A stretch of DNA of 64,000 nt from Paraspadella gotoi (lineage: Eukaryota; Animalia; Chaetognatha), in contig CM119270.1 in assembly GCA_051294375.1 (NCBI GenBank), positions 9,487,530-9,551,529 of the forward strand. Reading direction: 5' to 3'. The stretch's first letter is position 1, and the number at the start of each line of letters is the position of its first letter. Below are positions 45,618 through 60,202 of the stretch, one piece after another. The notes beneath the pieces are model-generated. The model did not search any database and was not told the origin of the DNA. It saw only the letters and a program-made list of their open reading frames with translations. Both the position numbers and the translations under genes were made by a program.

Positions 45618-46990
45618 AGATTTAGTGAAAAGTTGTGTGCTCATGATTGGTGTTTAGGCCGGAGTTTCCCAAACGTTTTCTTTCGGAAGAAGACCATAAT
45701 AGGGAGGAAGGGGAAACTCTTTTCTTTTACCCACTTGGACTTTTAAAGTCGATTCCGTTCTTGTTCCAAAAAATAATAATTTGAGGAGGAACTAAAGAAT
45801 GAATAAAATTCAATATTTGGTTATTATTTAGTGTCTCAACTTCTTGGGATCCAGACATCCCAACTCACAGGCGAAGAGAGAGAGAGAAGTGAGAGAAAGA
45901 AGGAGAGAGAGGAGAGAGAGAGGAGAGAGAGAGAGAGAGAGACGAAGGAGAGAGAGAAGAAGAGAGAGAGAGAGAAGAGAGAAGTGAAATCTCTTTTATG
46001 GTGCAAGAAGGATGAGAGATTAAAAAAGTGGGGAAATCGATATGATAACGGGGAGCAGTGAGAGAGCAGAGAGAGAGAGGAGAGAGAGAGATTGAGAGAG
46101 AGAGAGGGAGAGAGAGAGAGAGAGAGAGAAAGAGACAGAGAGAAGAGAGAGAGAGAGAGAGAAAGAGAGAGGAAAAAAATTTCTAAAAATTTTTATCTTA
46201 AAAAAAAGGGTAAGTGTGAATCAGAATGTTTATCACAACATGATTATTGAATAAAAATGGTTACTCCTCACTTAAATATAAAGCGGAGTTCCGTTGTTCA
46301 AACGTACTTTGTTTCAGAATCAATTACAAATCAATCAATATTGTCAATTAACCGTCAAACATGAACGTGTGGCAATCCTAAATTTGCCTCCCGTATAGCT
46401 TGGTGAAACTCAGCTCGTCCCATTGGCTTGGACAGCTAAGTACTCGTTTCCCGGTTCTATCCCTCGCGGTCACGCTGATGATATTGTGAGGGAGTCGGCT
46501 TAAAAACCTCAGTGACAAGGGATGATCACTGCAGGTCCAAAGCCCTGAGCCCCAGCTGTCGGGAGATGCCTCACATCACCCCATTGCAATAAACGCCGAT
46601 TTAAATTTCCCTGCGCTTCACTCTTCTGTCTCTGTCTCTGTCTCTCCATTTATCGCTTTTTTTAGGCGAAGGCCTTAGGAAGAATTAATACATTCTCCAA
46701 GTGAAACGACTTTTCTTTTTTCTCCCTTTCTTTTCGAGGTTCTTCACTTTTTTTTCGAGGTCTTCACTTTTCTTTTCTTTTCAGTTTTTTTTCATATTTA
46801 AGTCTTTTCTTTTCTTTTTCGGTTCTTTTTTTACTTCTCTTTTCTTTCCCGTTCTTTGCTTTTGTTAAAATTGCTTTCATTTTTATTTTCTTTAATTTTT
46901 TTCTTTCCTTTTTGCCAGTTAAATCGTTTCTCTAAATTTCTCACTGCCTTTCAACTTCACCACGGCTCATTGAACGCCTCCATTCCCTGT

Positions 46991-47031
<41 letters not shown>

Positions 47032-47296
47032 TCTCTCTCCTCTCTCTCTCTCTCTCTTCTCTCTCTCTTTTTTATGTCCACCCCCTCACTTAATGAATCC
47101 TTCTTGTTGTCCTTTTGTCTCCTCTCATTGGTCGGTTACTGTCTCTTCTGATTTGGTCGCCTTTTCTTTAAGAATGGTCATTTTTCCGCGTTTTCTATTG
47201 TGAGGACTAAGTTTTCATTAAGATTTTTTATAATTTTCTCTCCACAGAGATAATGAGAATAATCAATCTCTGCGTCTTTGAGGCAGTGACGACGAT

Positions 47297-47327
<31 letters not shown>

Positions 47328-47400
47328 ACCGTCGATGTGGGACGAATTGAAGAGCAATTGTGGTTTTTAGGGATAGAGAGAAAGATGGAGAGAGAGAGAA

Positions 47401-47443
<43 letters not shown>

Positions 47444-50400
47444 GAGAGAGAGGAGAGAGAGAGAGAACTCTCTTATTATCTTGATGAGAAAAGAAATTGA
47501 ATTTTGCCCTTGTTCTTTTAAGAATACGAATGAAGTAAGGAAAATGTCGTTGTTGTCGTTTTCGTTCCTATTTCCGTCCTCGTGCTACTGTTGTCGTTGT
47601 CTTTGGCGACTGAACCTGTTTTTTGATGATCACGAATGAAAACTTTTCTTTCCTCAATAAATGTGGCTTTGCTAAATTCTTAATTGTATACATTTGGATA
47701 ATCGACGTTATGACAAGGAATCAAACGACAATAGACTTTTTTCTGCTTTAGCGAAATCTTCAACCCGCCTCCGCCCGCCCACCTTTTTCTTTAAATTGGT
47801 TTACGCTGCTAAATTCGTTTTCGACACAAAGTTTCGTTTTTTCGTTCGTCTTTTGTTTTTTCTGGAAAGAAGTTGGGTTCCGCCTAATCTAAACGGATTT
47901 CCCACTTAGATGAAAAAAAAGGAACAGAATAGAAAGGGAAAAAAAATAAAATAGTTGACAACGCTTCTTATATAAGGATAAAGATACAGAAGCTCTCAAA
48001 ACAAACAAAGAAAAAAGTTTCTTCATCGAAAAACAATGACGCGCAAAAAGAAGAAAACCACACTAAATATAATAAGGGAAATAAGACAAAAAAGAAAGAA
48101 AGAAAAAGGAAAAAAAAAAGACAGAAAGTCAAGAAAGTAAAGAAATCAGAAAGAAAGAGAAAGAAGAAAGAAATTAAAATTTAAAAAGCCGATAATAATA
48201 TGCTTTTTTTTTCTAACTCTGGGTCGTTCTTCATAATATGAATTCAGGGTATAGAAAAGGTAACTAGAAATCTATATTCTAGAATTCCATAATAAACACA
48301 TCAAATGATCTTAGCTTCTGCGTGAAGATTTAAACTGTTGCAAGGCATACACATAACCAGTGCATAATTATATTATAAACCATTACTTGAGTTTAACTCG
48401 AATGACAACAGGCGCTAGTATAGATTAAAGATGCCTAAAGTGGAAGGTATACTATTTTATATTATTAATATCTATATTTATTATCATGTTCCCCAACCTC
48501 CTTTTATTAATTCTATTCTCCGCGCACAAAAAAGAATAGAATAAGAACGAATTTATTTCTGTTGTACGCAAGTGCGAAGTGAAAAGAAATAAGTAAGAGT
48601 TGCGGGTCAAACGTTTAGTTGGAAGGCAATGATCGCCTGTCTCACCGGTCGACCCGCAGAGGAGAGTCACCACAACAGCAATTACGTCGAGAGATGAAAC
48701 GTAAACTTCCTCCGAGCTAGGAGACTCAAGAGTGGGTTCATGGCTGCGCATTGAGCCACTCCCCGAACTGCCGCGAGGATACTCCCCAGACCTCCCCACG
48801 ATGCGACCCCTCAAGACGTTCCCATTCCCTCTCCCTCCAACTTCGATATATTTTGCCTTTACCCTGTTTCCTCCCCGCACTTCGGACTCCCGCGTACGGA
48901 GAGTGTGTATCGAGATAGTCAGATGTGTGTATAATTCTATTCTAATTTTCCGCTCAACGAATGTTTACTTGAGTTCGGAAGAGGAGAAGAGTTATAGAAA
49001 GGCTTGTGTGTGACGGCGTTGGAAATAATACTGTTAGGACAGAGCGGCGGCGCATGTTATTTTTAGGGGGGCGCCAGAGATGTTAGGAGGAGGGAACAGA
49101 ATAAGAGATTTGTTGATTAGATGGAGTTTTTAGTGAATCTGGTGCTCCTTATTATTTGCACTTGATAATAATAAACTAAAGTAAAATGAATATAAGAGTG
49201 AAAGAGGTAAGGAAAGCAGATAGGAGAGAAAAGAAGAAACGGATTCAGTTTTTCTGTCTGGTCACATTTGGAAACACCGCCGAGGGAGGTGGGTTTGGAC
49301 TAGGGAAAATAGGTAATTCAAGTGAACAGACGATCGGGCCCACGGAGGACGACGACTGAACAGAAAAATCGAAAAGGCCAATTTATCAGAATACGCCGAC
49401 CCGAAACCGTGTCCCCTGCGCGTTTGGAAAAGCCGCTCCTCCGACGCCAGCTTATATAGATAATAATCGCCCAACGCCAACTCGATCTCCGAAAGAGACG
49501 CGATACGCATTCAAAAGAAAAAAGTTAATGAAAACATCTATCGGACGAACGCCAAAATTAGTAACAACAAAAAGCCAGTTGTTTAGTCCAGCACTTAGAA
49601 AACGCTCGATTATGATGCACGCCCAAATGTCAAGCCTAGTAATATTATAGTTAAGACCGTGCACTGTTACAAAGGCCAATGTTAGCGACCACGCGAAAAG
49701 AGAATGAGCACCACAAAAGGAAAAGAGCAGCAAAAAATAAGGAAGCAAGAGCGCGGGTTTGACTCCCACGACTCCCCGCCTCATGCCTGGCAGATGCAGA
49801 TTGGCGCTGGTAAGCCAAATATTGGAGGAAATTCGGCGTCACAGGATGAAGAAATACACAGACAGAATGACGCAGAAAAATGGAACAGAACTGGAGACAC
49901 AGAGAGAGAGAGAAGGGGAAGATTCGAGTTTTGATGAAAAGTATAAAATGAAAGAATATATATGATATAACTTGATTTTGACGGAATGTATTAGAACAAA
50001 AAGATAAAGCCAAGAGTGAATTCCGGGGACTTAAAAAATAAAAGGAGAGTAAAAAGTTTTGATGATATCGTGAAGACTGAGACAAAATATAAATAAATAA
50101 AGAAGATCAAGACTCTACCAACAGGAAAGGAAAGTACGGTATTCATGCGTTTCATTTTTCCACGAAACATAATTGTACCACGTACAGGTCACCCAACTTT
50201 TTACTCTCTACTTTTATTGTTTTTATTTACGTTATCCCTTCATTATTAATATATTCTATTTCACCCGCCATACTTTTTATTGTCACATCTACTCTCTCTC
50301 GTTTTCCTTTCTATAATATACTATTATACCTCAACGCCCCCTTCGACGGACGTCTCCACATTAGTCTGCGATCAAATTCATCTCGCGCCATAAAAATCAT

Positions 50401-53400
50401 GTTCCAGAAGCCCCAATTTCACTGGAAACCGGTCACGTGTCCAGGTTTTATTGTTATTGATAAAATAACAACAAAAAAAATGCTATCTTTATATGCTCTA
50501 ATTTAAGGACGAAAAAAAAAAAGAGTGTTAAGGTTATGGTATTTTTTATGAGAGTGTTAATCGCTTCTTGATAACCGGGTACTAAGGAAAGATACTAAAG
50601 TGCGGGAGGAGGAGAGGATGGAGGAGGTTAGGAGGAGGTGCAAGAAGAAGACTAGAATAGGGTGTAAGAGAAAAAGAAAGAAAAGGCAAATGACTATGTG
50701 AAAGGAAGAAGAAGAATCGAAGAATGGCAATAGAAAGGAAAGAGAAAGAAAGGAAAGAACAATGAATGTAGACTCAAGATACCAAAGAGGGAACAGAAAG
50801 AGGAAGACTATATTAATTTTACAGAAAGGACGTCAACGCGAAGGCATTCATTAAAAAAGGAAGGGAATAGATCCAAGATTTCATATTGCGTGAGAGAGAT
50901 GTTAAGAAACGAAAAAAACAAAAAACCGTGCGCACGAAGAATGAAAACAAAGGAGAAACAAGATGGATGAACAAAATAAAAAGTTGAAAAAGAAACATGA
51001 ATACCAAAAACAAAAGAAAAAAATAATAAAAAAGAAAGAAGAAAGAAGAAGAAAAGAAGAAGAAAAGGAAAAGAAAGGAAAGAAAGAAAGAAAAAAAGAG
51101 AAAGAAGGAAAGAAAGAAAGAAAAAGAATTAGGTAGAATTAGGTATGAAAGAAAATTAGTTTGTGAGATAAAAAGAATACAAAAAGAATAAAAGAGAAAA
51201 AAGGTGGAAAAATAAAACGAATAACCACCGCGTATTTTCGGAAGCATCGCTGATCGACTCTCGAAATGGCGGCAATGACGTTCAAATGGCGCCATTGACG
51301 TCACAGATTTCTTCCATTAACGTATGCGAACGAAAGTTGAGCTGAAGTATTTCTGTACTAGTTGACCTGTTATTTTTTAATGATCGGTCTTTATCAATTC
51401 ACGCCATCAAAAATAAGTTACGGTTTATTTATGTTATTTTTATTTATGGTTTATTTGTTAGAATCCCATTTAGATACGCATTCCACTTTGCCTCTTTTGT
51501 TCCCTGAACATAAAAACAGATATGTTATATTGCGGTGGCGTTTCTTTCTTTTCCTTCCACGGAGACGATTTTTTAACGGAAAAATTGAGAGGTGATAATA
51601 CAAAGACGACGACAACGACGACGATAAAGAAGACGACGGGCGACATTCGCGCATCTGTAAAAAGAATAAGAACAGAATTTAGTCAACACATATATTCACT
51701 TAAAAAGCATTAAATTTTCAAAAATGTATCTTAATACGGACCCTGATTTAATTTGAATGATCTCGATCAGTTTTTCATTCCCTCATTTTCATTGAGAAGG
51801 AAAATATTCCGACCACGAAAATGAAAAGGTTTTAATTCCCATTCCAATTCAATTCAAGTATCAATTTCCAAATTCGGGTGAGAGCAACTTCAGTAAAAGA
51901 CATAATATCTGTATTAGTCTTTATATATACACTCTGAATTCTAGAACCTTTTGCTCTTACCTTCTAATATTTAAAGATTGATTGTGTATTACAGAAACCA
52001 AAGATCCATATATTAATTTCTTTTATTTTAGATTTCTCTCTCTCTCTATTTTTCTTTTTATCTTTCACATTCGTTCTTTTATTAATTCTTTTTCTCACTA
52101 TATGTACGCTCTCATATAGATCCATTTACGACTATCTTATGATTATCTTGTTTAAGTGCCAAAGGTTATTTTTTAACACCGATTCGTCAATGAAAAGGCC
52201 CAAAATTGAATGTTCAATTCTGGACAGAAAGAAAAGCCAAATAGCGGCAGACATCATCTTCGAACCTGAATGGTTTTTTTTACCAACGACTTTTTTCCAA
52301 ATTGCTAGATCAATATTTATTACAAGTTTATTTTCTCAATCTTCTTTTCTTTTCTCCTTTTGTTATTTCAAAGTGTCTTCGCATCGCGAGAAAACGGGAA
52401 ATTTACGAAAATTTGCAAATGGGAATTAACGTTTTGAAAAATTTTAAGGAAATTCGGCGGGGACTTTTTAAGAAAGGCCGATGTTTGATCGATTGCATGG
52501 CGAGGCGGAGATGCTGCTGCTTGAATTGTTATAAGAATTGGTTAGGTTCTCCCACCTTTCTAGGAAAAAATACTTTGGGGGAAAAATGGCAAACATTAGC
52601 GTCGCCATGGAACGTAATCTCTTCATGGCCTGCGGCCTCTTCGTAACTTGGTATGGGGTCAAAAAAGGATCTTGGTTTTTATCGTTTCCTAGAAAAGATT
52701 TAAAGTATGGGGAAACAGTGAGAGAGGAGAAGAATGCGACTCAGTCGTATTAGACGGGGTGGAAGAGCGGGTGCATCTCGAGCGATGAGCATGGTGAAAT
52801 GGTCATAACTATGAGATGACCATTCACCATGACTGTTGTTGATTGTGGAATTGGTAGGATGACAATGTTATAGAAGAATAGAGTAAGAAAACTAAGCAGA
52901 GAATTTCAGTTAAGAAAAAATACCAGTGCTTAGCTTCTCAGAAGAGAGAGGTGAGGGTGGAATCGAATGAGTAGCTAGAGAAAGAGGAGACGAAACTGTA
53001 AAATTAGAATGTAAGAGATGAATAAAGAGAGCATGGAAACGATGAGAGAGATTGAAATGTGAGTAGAAAGAAAAAGGTATAGAAAGAGAGCAAAGAGATA
53101 TGGAGAGAAAGGAGGGAGGACAGAGAGAAAGAGAAGAAAAAAAAAGAAAGAGGAAGAGAGAAAAATCCGAATGAGAATGAAAAACTAATGGATATGGAAG
53201 CACAGAGATTTAAATCAGACTACAGGAGGAAGAAGAGAAATGATGATTCAAAATACCAAAAATGAGAAATTCGAGAGAACAGAAAGGAGAGCCGAGGGCG
53301 GAAGGGGAGAGAGGAGGAAAAATCGATGGCGAAAGAAAATGAGATAACGAATAGAGAGTTAAAGCTGAAGAAAGAAGGGTATAGATAGAAGGAATAGGAG

Positions 53401-53956
53401 AAAGATAAGATGGATTAAGCTCACTAAATAAATTTTGAAAAATGAGAAGAGTTAAAAGTTAAAGTATATAAAGATTAAGTAATAATCCTAGTCTAACACA
53501 TCACTTATTTATATTCAAGAAAAATAGAGATACCGAAACACGCAATATAAATGAATTAATTTTGTGAGAAAGAATTTAAAATATGTCTAAATAAGACCAA
53601 TAGTTGTGGCTCGAAAAAGAGAATTGAAACAAATTTGAGTGTTTAATTGTTGTTTTTCTTAGGCATGATGACAATAAGAATGATAACAAAAAAGAATGCC
53701 GCGGGGTGTGCTTGACATAGACGTGATCGCGGAACAACACAGACACAATGAAAGGACGGTTACGACATACTAAAGAGATGAGCGAAGAAAATGTAATGGC
53801 AGAGTGCAGCAACCTGTTAAGGAGAAAAGAAGACGGGAGAACAAATCTTCTGATGGTTTTTCTCCATGGAACCGATGAGATCGAACGGGTGATCGACACG
53901 AAAATGAAGACTAAGAAGCACCAATCCATGCACGCGAAGTATACAGAAATAAGGGG
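45618..53956 (+). repeat. Copy A of a large direct duplication (insertion-rich, noisy)
   Basis: Colinear with 53982-~60825 from AGATTTAGTGAAAAGTTG onward, with many small insertions. Confidence 0.92.
46413..46598 (+). mobile_element. Possible tRNA-derived SINE (copy 1)
   Basis: GC-rich island with A-box-like TGGCTTGGACAG and B-box-like GGTTCTATCCC. There is no complete tRNA cloverleaf. Confidence 0.4.
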
Positions 53957-53981
53957 NNNNNNNNNNNNNNNNNNNNNNNNN
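53957..53981. other. Assembly gap (25 N)
   Basis: Run of N. Confidence 1.
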
Positions 53982-54252
53982 AGATTTAGTGAAAAGTTGT
54001 GGCTCATGATGGTGGTTTTAGGCCGGAGTTCCCAACGTTTTCTTTCGAAGAACGCATAATAGGGAGGAAGGGAAACTTCTTTTCTTTTTACCCACTTGGA
54101 CTTTTATAAGTCGATCCGTTCTTTTGTTCCAAAAATAATAATTTGAGGAGGAACTAAAAGAATGAATAAAATTCATATTTGGTTTTATTACTAGTGTCAA
54201 CTGCTTGGGATCCAGACATCGCAACTCACAGAGACGAAGAGAGAGAGAGAAG

Positions 54253-54334
<82 letters not shown>

Positions 54335-55354
54335 GAGAGAGGGAGGAAGGTGAAATCTCTTTTATGGTGCAAAGAAGGAGAGCAGATAAAAAAAGGGAAA
54401 TCATAATATAATCAGGGGCAGAGAGAGGAGAAGAGACTATGAGAGAGAGAGATGAGATGAGAGAAGAGAGAGAGAGATGAAGAGCAGAGAGAGAGACGAG
54501 AAAGGAACAGAGAGCAGAGAGAGAGAGAGAGAGAAAGAGAGAGAAAAAAAATTTCTAAAATTTTTATCTAAAAAAAGGGTAAGTGTGAATCAGAATGTTT
54601 ATCACAACATGATTATTGAATAAAAATGGTTACTTCCTCACTTAAATATAAAGCGGAGTTCCGTTGTTCAACGTACCTTTGTTTCAGAATCAATTACAAA
54701 ATCAATCAATATGTCAATTAACCGTCAAACATGAACGTGTGGCGAATCCTAAATTTGCCTCCCGTATAGCTTGGTGAAACTCAGCTCGTCCCATTGGCTT
54801 GGACAGCTAAGTACTCGTTCCCGGTTCTATCCCCTCGCGGTCACGCTGATGATATTGTGAGGGAGTCGGCTTAAAAACCTCAGTGACAAGGGATGATCAC
54901 TGCAGGTCCAAAGCCCTGAGCCCCAGCTGTCGGGAGATGCCTCACATCACCCCATTGCAATAAACGCCGATTTAAATTTCCCTGCGCTTCACTCTCTCTG
55001 TCTCTGTCTCTGTCTCTCCATTTATCGCTTTTTTTAGGCGAAGGTCCTTAAGGAAGAATTAATACATTCTCCAAGTGAACGACTTTTCTTTTTTCTCCCT
55101 TTCTTTTCGAGGTCTTCACTTTTCTTTTCGAGGTCTTCACTTTTCTTTTCTTTTCAGTTTTTTTTCATATTTAAGTCTTTTCTTTTCTTTTTCGCGTCTT
55201 TTTTTTACTTCTCTTTTCTTTCTCGTTCTTTGCTTTTGTTAAATTGCTTTCATTTTTATTTTCTTTAATTTTTTTTATCCTTTTTGCCAGAAATCGTTTC
55301 TCTAAATTTCTCACTGCCTTTCAACTTCACCACGGCTCATTGAACGCCTCCATT

Positions 55355-55393
<39 letters not shown>

Positions 55394-55611
55394 ATGTCCA
55401 CCCCCTCACTTAATGAATCCTTCTTGTTGTCCTTTGTCGTCTCTCATTGGTCGGTACTGTCTCTTCTGATTGGTCGCCTTTTCTTTAAGAATGGTCATTT
55501 TTCCGCGTTTTCTATTGTGAGGACTAAGTTTCATTAAGATTTTTATAATTTTCTCTCCACGAGAATAATGAGAATAATCAATCTCTGCGTCTTTGAGGCA
55601 GTGACGACGAT

Positions 55612-55642
<31 letters not shown>

Positions 55643-55709
55643 ACGTCGAATGTGGGACGATTGAAGAGCAATTGTGGTTTTTAGGGAGATAGAGAGAAAG
55701 ATGGAGAGA

Positions 55710-55749
<40 letters not shown>

Positions 55750-58190
55750 CTCTTATTATCTTGATGAGAAAAGAAATTGAATTTTGCCCTTTGTTCATTT
55801 TAAGAATACGAATGAAGTAAGGAAAAATGTCGTTGTTGTCGTTTTCGTTCCTATTTCCGTCGTTGCTACTGTTGTCGTTGTCTTTGGCGACTGAACCTGT
55901 TTTTGATGATCACGAATGAAAACTTCTTTGCGCTCAAAATGTGGCTTTGCTAAATTCTTAATTTGTATAATTTGTATAATCGACGTTATGACAAGGAATC
56001 AAACGACAATAGACTTTTTCTGCTTAGCGAAATCTTCAACCCCGCCTCCGCCCCCCACCTTTTTCTTTAATCTGGTTGACGCTGCTAAATTCGTTTTCGA
56101 CACAAAGTTTCGTTTTTTCGTTCGTCTTTTGTTTTTCTGGAAAGAAGTTGGGTTCCGCCTAATCTAAACGGATGTTCCCACTTAGATGAAAAAAAAGGAA
56201 CAGAATAGAAAAGGGAAAAAAAGTAAAATAGTGAAACAGCTTATAAAAGGAAAAAAAGAAAGAGCTCAAAACAAACAAAGAAAAAAGTTTCTTCATCGAA
56301 AAACAATGACGCGCAAAAGAAGAAAACACAAACTAAATAAAGGGAAATAAGACAAAAAAGAAAGAAAGAAAAAGGAAAGAAAGAAAGAAAGTCAGAAAGA
56401 AAGAAAGTCAGAAAGAAAGAAAGAAAGAAAGAAATTAAAAATTTAAAAAGCCGATAATAATATGCTTTTTTTTTCTAACTCTGGGTCGTTTTCCATAATA
56501 TGAATTCAGGGTATAAAAAAAGGTAACTAGAATCTATATTCTAGATTCTATAACAAAAATGATTTAGTTACTTGAAGATTAAACTGTTGAAGGCATAACA
56601 TAACAGGCATAAATTATATTAAACCTACTTGTTACTCGATGAAAAACGAGTAAGATTAAAATGTAAATGAGTATATATTATTATAATTATTATTATTATT
56701 TATTATCATTTTCCCCAACTCTTTAATTAATTCTTTCGCGCACAAAAAAATACGTTATTTTGTTTCAAGTTGAAGGAATAGAGAGAGCGGCACGTTTATT
56801 GGAAGGCAATATTCCCGTCTCGGTCACCCCGGGTCACCACAACACATCGGTGAAACTACTTCTCCGCTAAACTCAAAGGGTTCATGCTCCATTTGAGCCA
56901 CTCCCCACTCCCCACTCCCCACTCCCCACTCCCCCCTCAAACTTCCCATTCCCTCCTCCCTCCAACTTCGATATTTTTCCTCTACCCTGTTTCCTCCCCC
57001 CTCGGACTCCGCTCGGGTTTCGAATGTCATTTGTATTCTATTCTATTTTCCGCACGATTGTTTACGTTCGGGAGAGAATTTAAAGGCTTTTTCGCTGAAA
57101 AATACTGTTAAAGGCGGCGGCCATTTTTTGGGGGGCCAAATTGACAAAGGGAGGAGGTTTGTGTTGTCCTTATTATTTGCACTTGATAATAATAACTAAA
57201 GAAAAACTGACGAACAGAGAAAGAACGTTCAGTTTTCTGTCTGGTCCGCCGCCCAGGGTGGTTCAAGACGACGACGCCCACGACGACGACGACAACGAAA
57301 CCAAATCAGAATACGCCGACCCGAACCGTTGTCCCCTGCGGTTTGGAAGCCGCTCCTCCGACGCCACTGAAATAATCGCCAACGCCACTCGTCTTCCGAA
57401 AGAGACGCGATACGCCATTCAAAAAAGTCAAACGCCACGACGACGCCACTTGGGAACAAAAGCCAGTGTAGCGTCACTAGAACGCCAATGTGCGCCAAGA
57501 CGCCAAGCCAGTATAGCGTCACTGTTACGCCAATGTGCGCCAAGAATGCGCCAGACGCGCAAAGGACGCAGGCCGGGTTGACTCCCACGACTCCCCGCCT
57601 CTGCCTACGTGCAGATGGCGCTGGTTCCATATTGGAGGAAATTCGGCGTCACAGATGAAGGAAATGACAGAATGACAGAATGACAGACTGACACAGAAGG
57701 GGAATTCGAGTTTTGATGAAAGTACTTATATATGTACTATTTTGACGGATGTTTGAACAAAAAACCAAGACGTAATTCCGGAAATAAAGATAAATAGACC
57801 GACTGACAAATTAAAAGATGGCTACCAAAGGAAAGGAAAGACGTCTCGTATTCGCATGTACCCCGTCCCAACTTTTACTCTCTACTTTTTTTTTAACTTT
57901 CCCCTTCATTTTTTTTTTTCAACGCCGCCTCTTTTTTATAGCCCCCTCTCTCCGTTCCTTCTCTTCTCCCCCCCCCCCCCGACTCCACATTGAGTTCCAG
58001 CCATTCCGGTCACGTTCCAGGTTTTTATTGTATGTAAGGTTTTCTCTCTCGACGCAAGAGGGAGGAAGAGAGGAACGCTGGAACGGATAGAGACGAAGGG
58101 GGAGAGGAGGAGGATGAGGAGGAAGAGAAGACTGAAGGAGAGAGAAAGAAGAAAGAAAGAAAACAAAAAAGTAAAAAGAAGAAAAAGAAA

Positions 58191-58225
<35 letters not shown>

Positions 58226-58361
58226 CGTGAGAGAGATGTTAAGAACGAAAAAAACAAAAACGTGCACGAAGAATGAAAACAAAGGAGAAACAAGATGGAT
58301 GGAACAAATAAAAAGTTGAAAAAGAAACATGAATACAAAACAAAAGAAAAAAATAATAAAA

Positions 58362-58437
<76 letters not shown>

Positions 58438-60118
58438 AACAGATAGGTAGAATTAGGTATGAAAGAAAATTAGTTTGTGAGATAAAAAGAATAAAAAAGA
58501 ATAAAGAAAAAAGTGAAAATAAAAACGAATAACCACCGCGTATTTCGGAAGCATCGCTGATCGACTCTCGAAATGGCGGCAATGACGTCAAAATGGCGCC
58601 ATTGACGTCACAATTTCTTCCATTAACGTATCGAACGAAGTTGAGCTGAAGTAATTTCTGTACTAGTTGACCTGATTATTTTTTAATGATCGGGTCTTTA
58701 TCAATCACCTCATCAAAAAAGTTACGGTTATTTATTTATTTTTTTATTTATGGTTATTTGTTAGAATCCCATTTAGATACGCATCCACTTTGCTCTTTTG
58801 TTCCCTGAACATAAAAAATATGTATATTGGGTGGCGTTTCTTTTCTTTTCCTTCCACGGAGACGATTTTTTAACGGAAAAATTGAGAGGTGATAAACAAA
58901 GACGACGACAACGACGACGATAAAGAAGACGACGGCGACATCGCGCATCTGTTAAAAAAGAATAAAACAGAATTTAGTCAACACATATATTTCACTTAAA
59001 AAGCATAAATTTTCAAAAATGTATCTTTAATACGACCCTGATTTAATTTGAAATGATCTCGATCAGTTTTCATTCCCTCATTTTCATTGAGAAGGAAAAT
59101 ATTCGAACCACGAAAATTGAAAAGGTTTTAATTCCCATTCCAATTCAATTCAATTCAATTCCAATTCGGGCAGGATTGAAAAATCTTTTCTTTTCCTCTT
59201 CTAAACTTTGTCTTACTTTCTTTTAAATTGGTACAACCAACCTATATAATTTTCTTTTATTTATTTCTTTCCTTTCTTTTTTTTTCTTTTTTATCTTTCA
59301 CATTCGTTCTTTTATTAATTTCTTTTTCTCACTATATGTTACGCTCTCTATCCTTACGCTCTTTTTATTTGTTTTAGTGCCAAAGGTATTTTTACACCAT
59401 TGTCGAATGAAAAAGCCGTCAAAATTGTAATAGTTCAATTCTGGACAGAAGAAAAGGCCAAATCGGAAACATCATCTTCGAACCTGAATGGTTTTTTTTA
59501 CCAACGACTTTTTCCAAATTGCTAGATCCAATATTATTACAAGTATTTTCTCATCTTCTTTTCTTTTCTCCTTTTGTTATTCCAAATGCTTCGCATCGCG
59601 AGAAAACGGAATATTCGAAAATTTGCAAATGGAGAATTAACGTTGAAAATTTTAAGAAATTCGGCGGGGACTTATAAGAAAGCCGATGTTGATCGATTGA
59701 TTGGCTGAGGCTGGAGATGCTGCTGCTTTGAATTGTTATAAGAATTGGTTAGGTTCTCCACCTTTCCTAGAAAAATACTTTGGGGGAAAAAGTGGGAAAC
59801 ATTAGCGACGCCATGGAAACGTAATCTCTTCATGGCCGCCTCTCGTAAATTTGGGTATGGGGTCAAAAAAAGGATCTTGGTTTCCTTTATCGTTTCCTAG
59901 AAAAGATTATAAAGTTATGGGGAAACAGTTGAGAGAGAGAGAATGGCGACTCAGTCGTCGGGTGGAAGACGGTGCATTGCAATGAGCATGGTGAATGGTC
60001 ATACTATGATGACCATTCACCATGACTGTTGTTGTTGTGGAGTTGGTGATGACAATGTTTCGGAGATGAGTAAAAACTAAGCAGTTTCGTTAAGAAAATA
60101 CCAGTGCTTTCTTCAAGA

Positions 60119-60202
<84 letters not shown>

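Noticed and set aside
46420-46480. tRNA gene
   Set aside because: Only A/B-box-like motifs are present and no cloverleaf could be built; kept as a possible SINE.
46400-46520. Possible hammerhead ribozyme (GAAAC...GTC...CTGATGA)
   Set aside because: Stems I-III cannot be formed around the core motifs.
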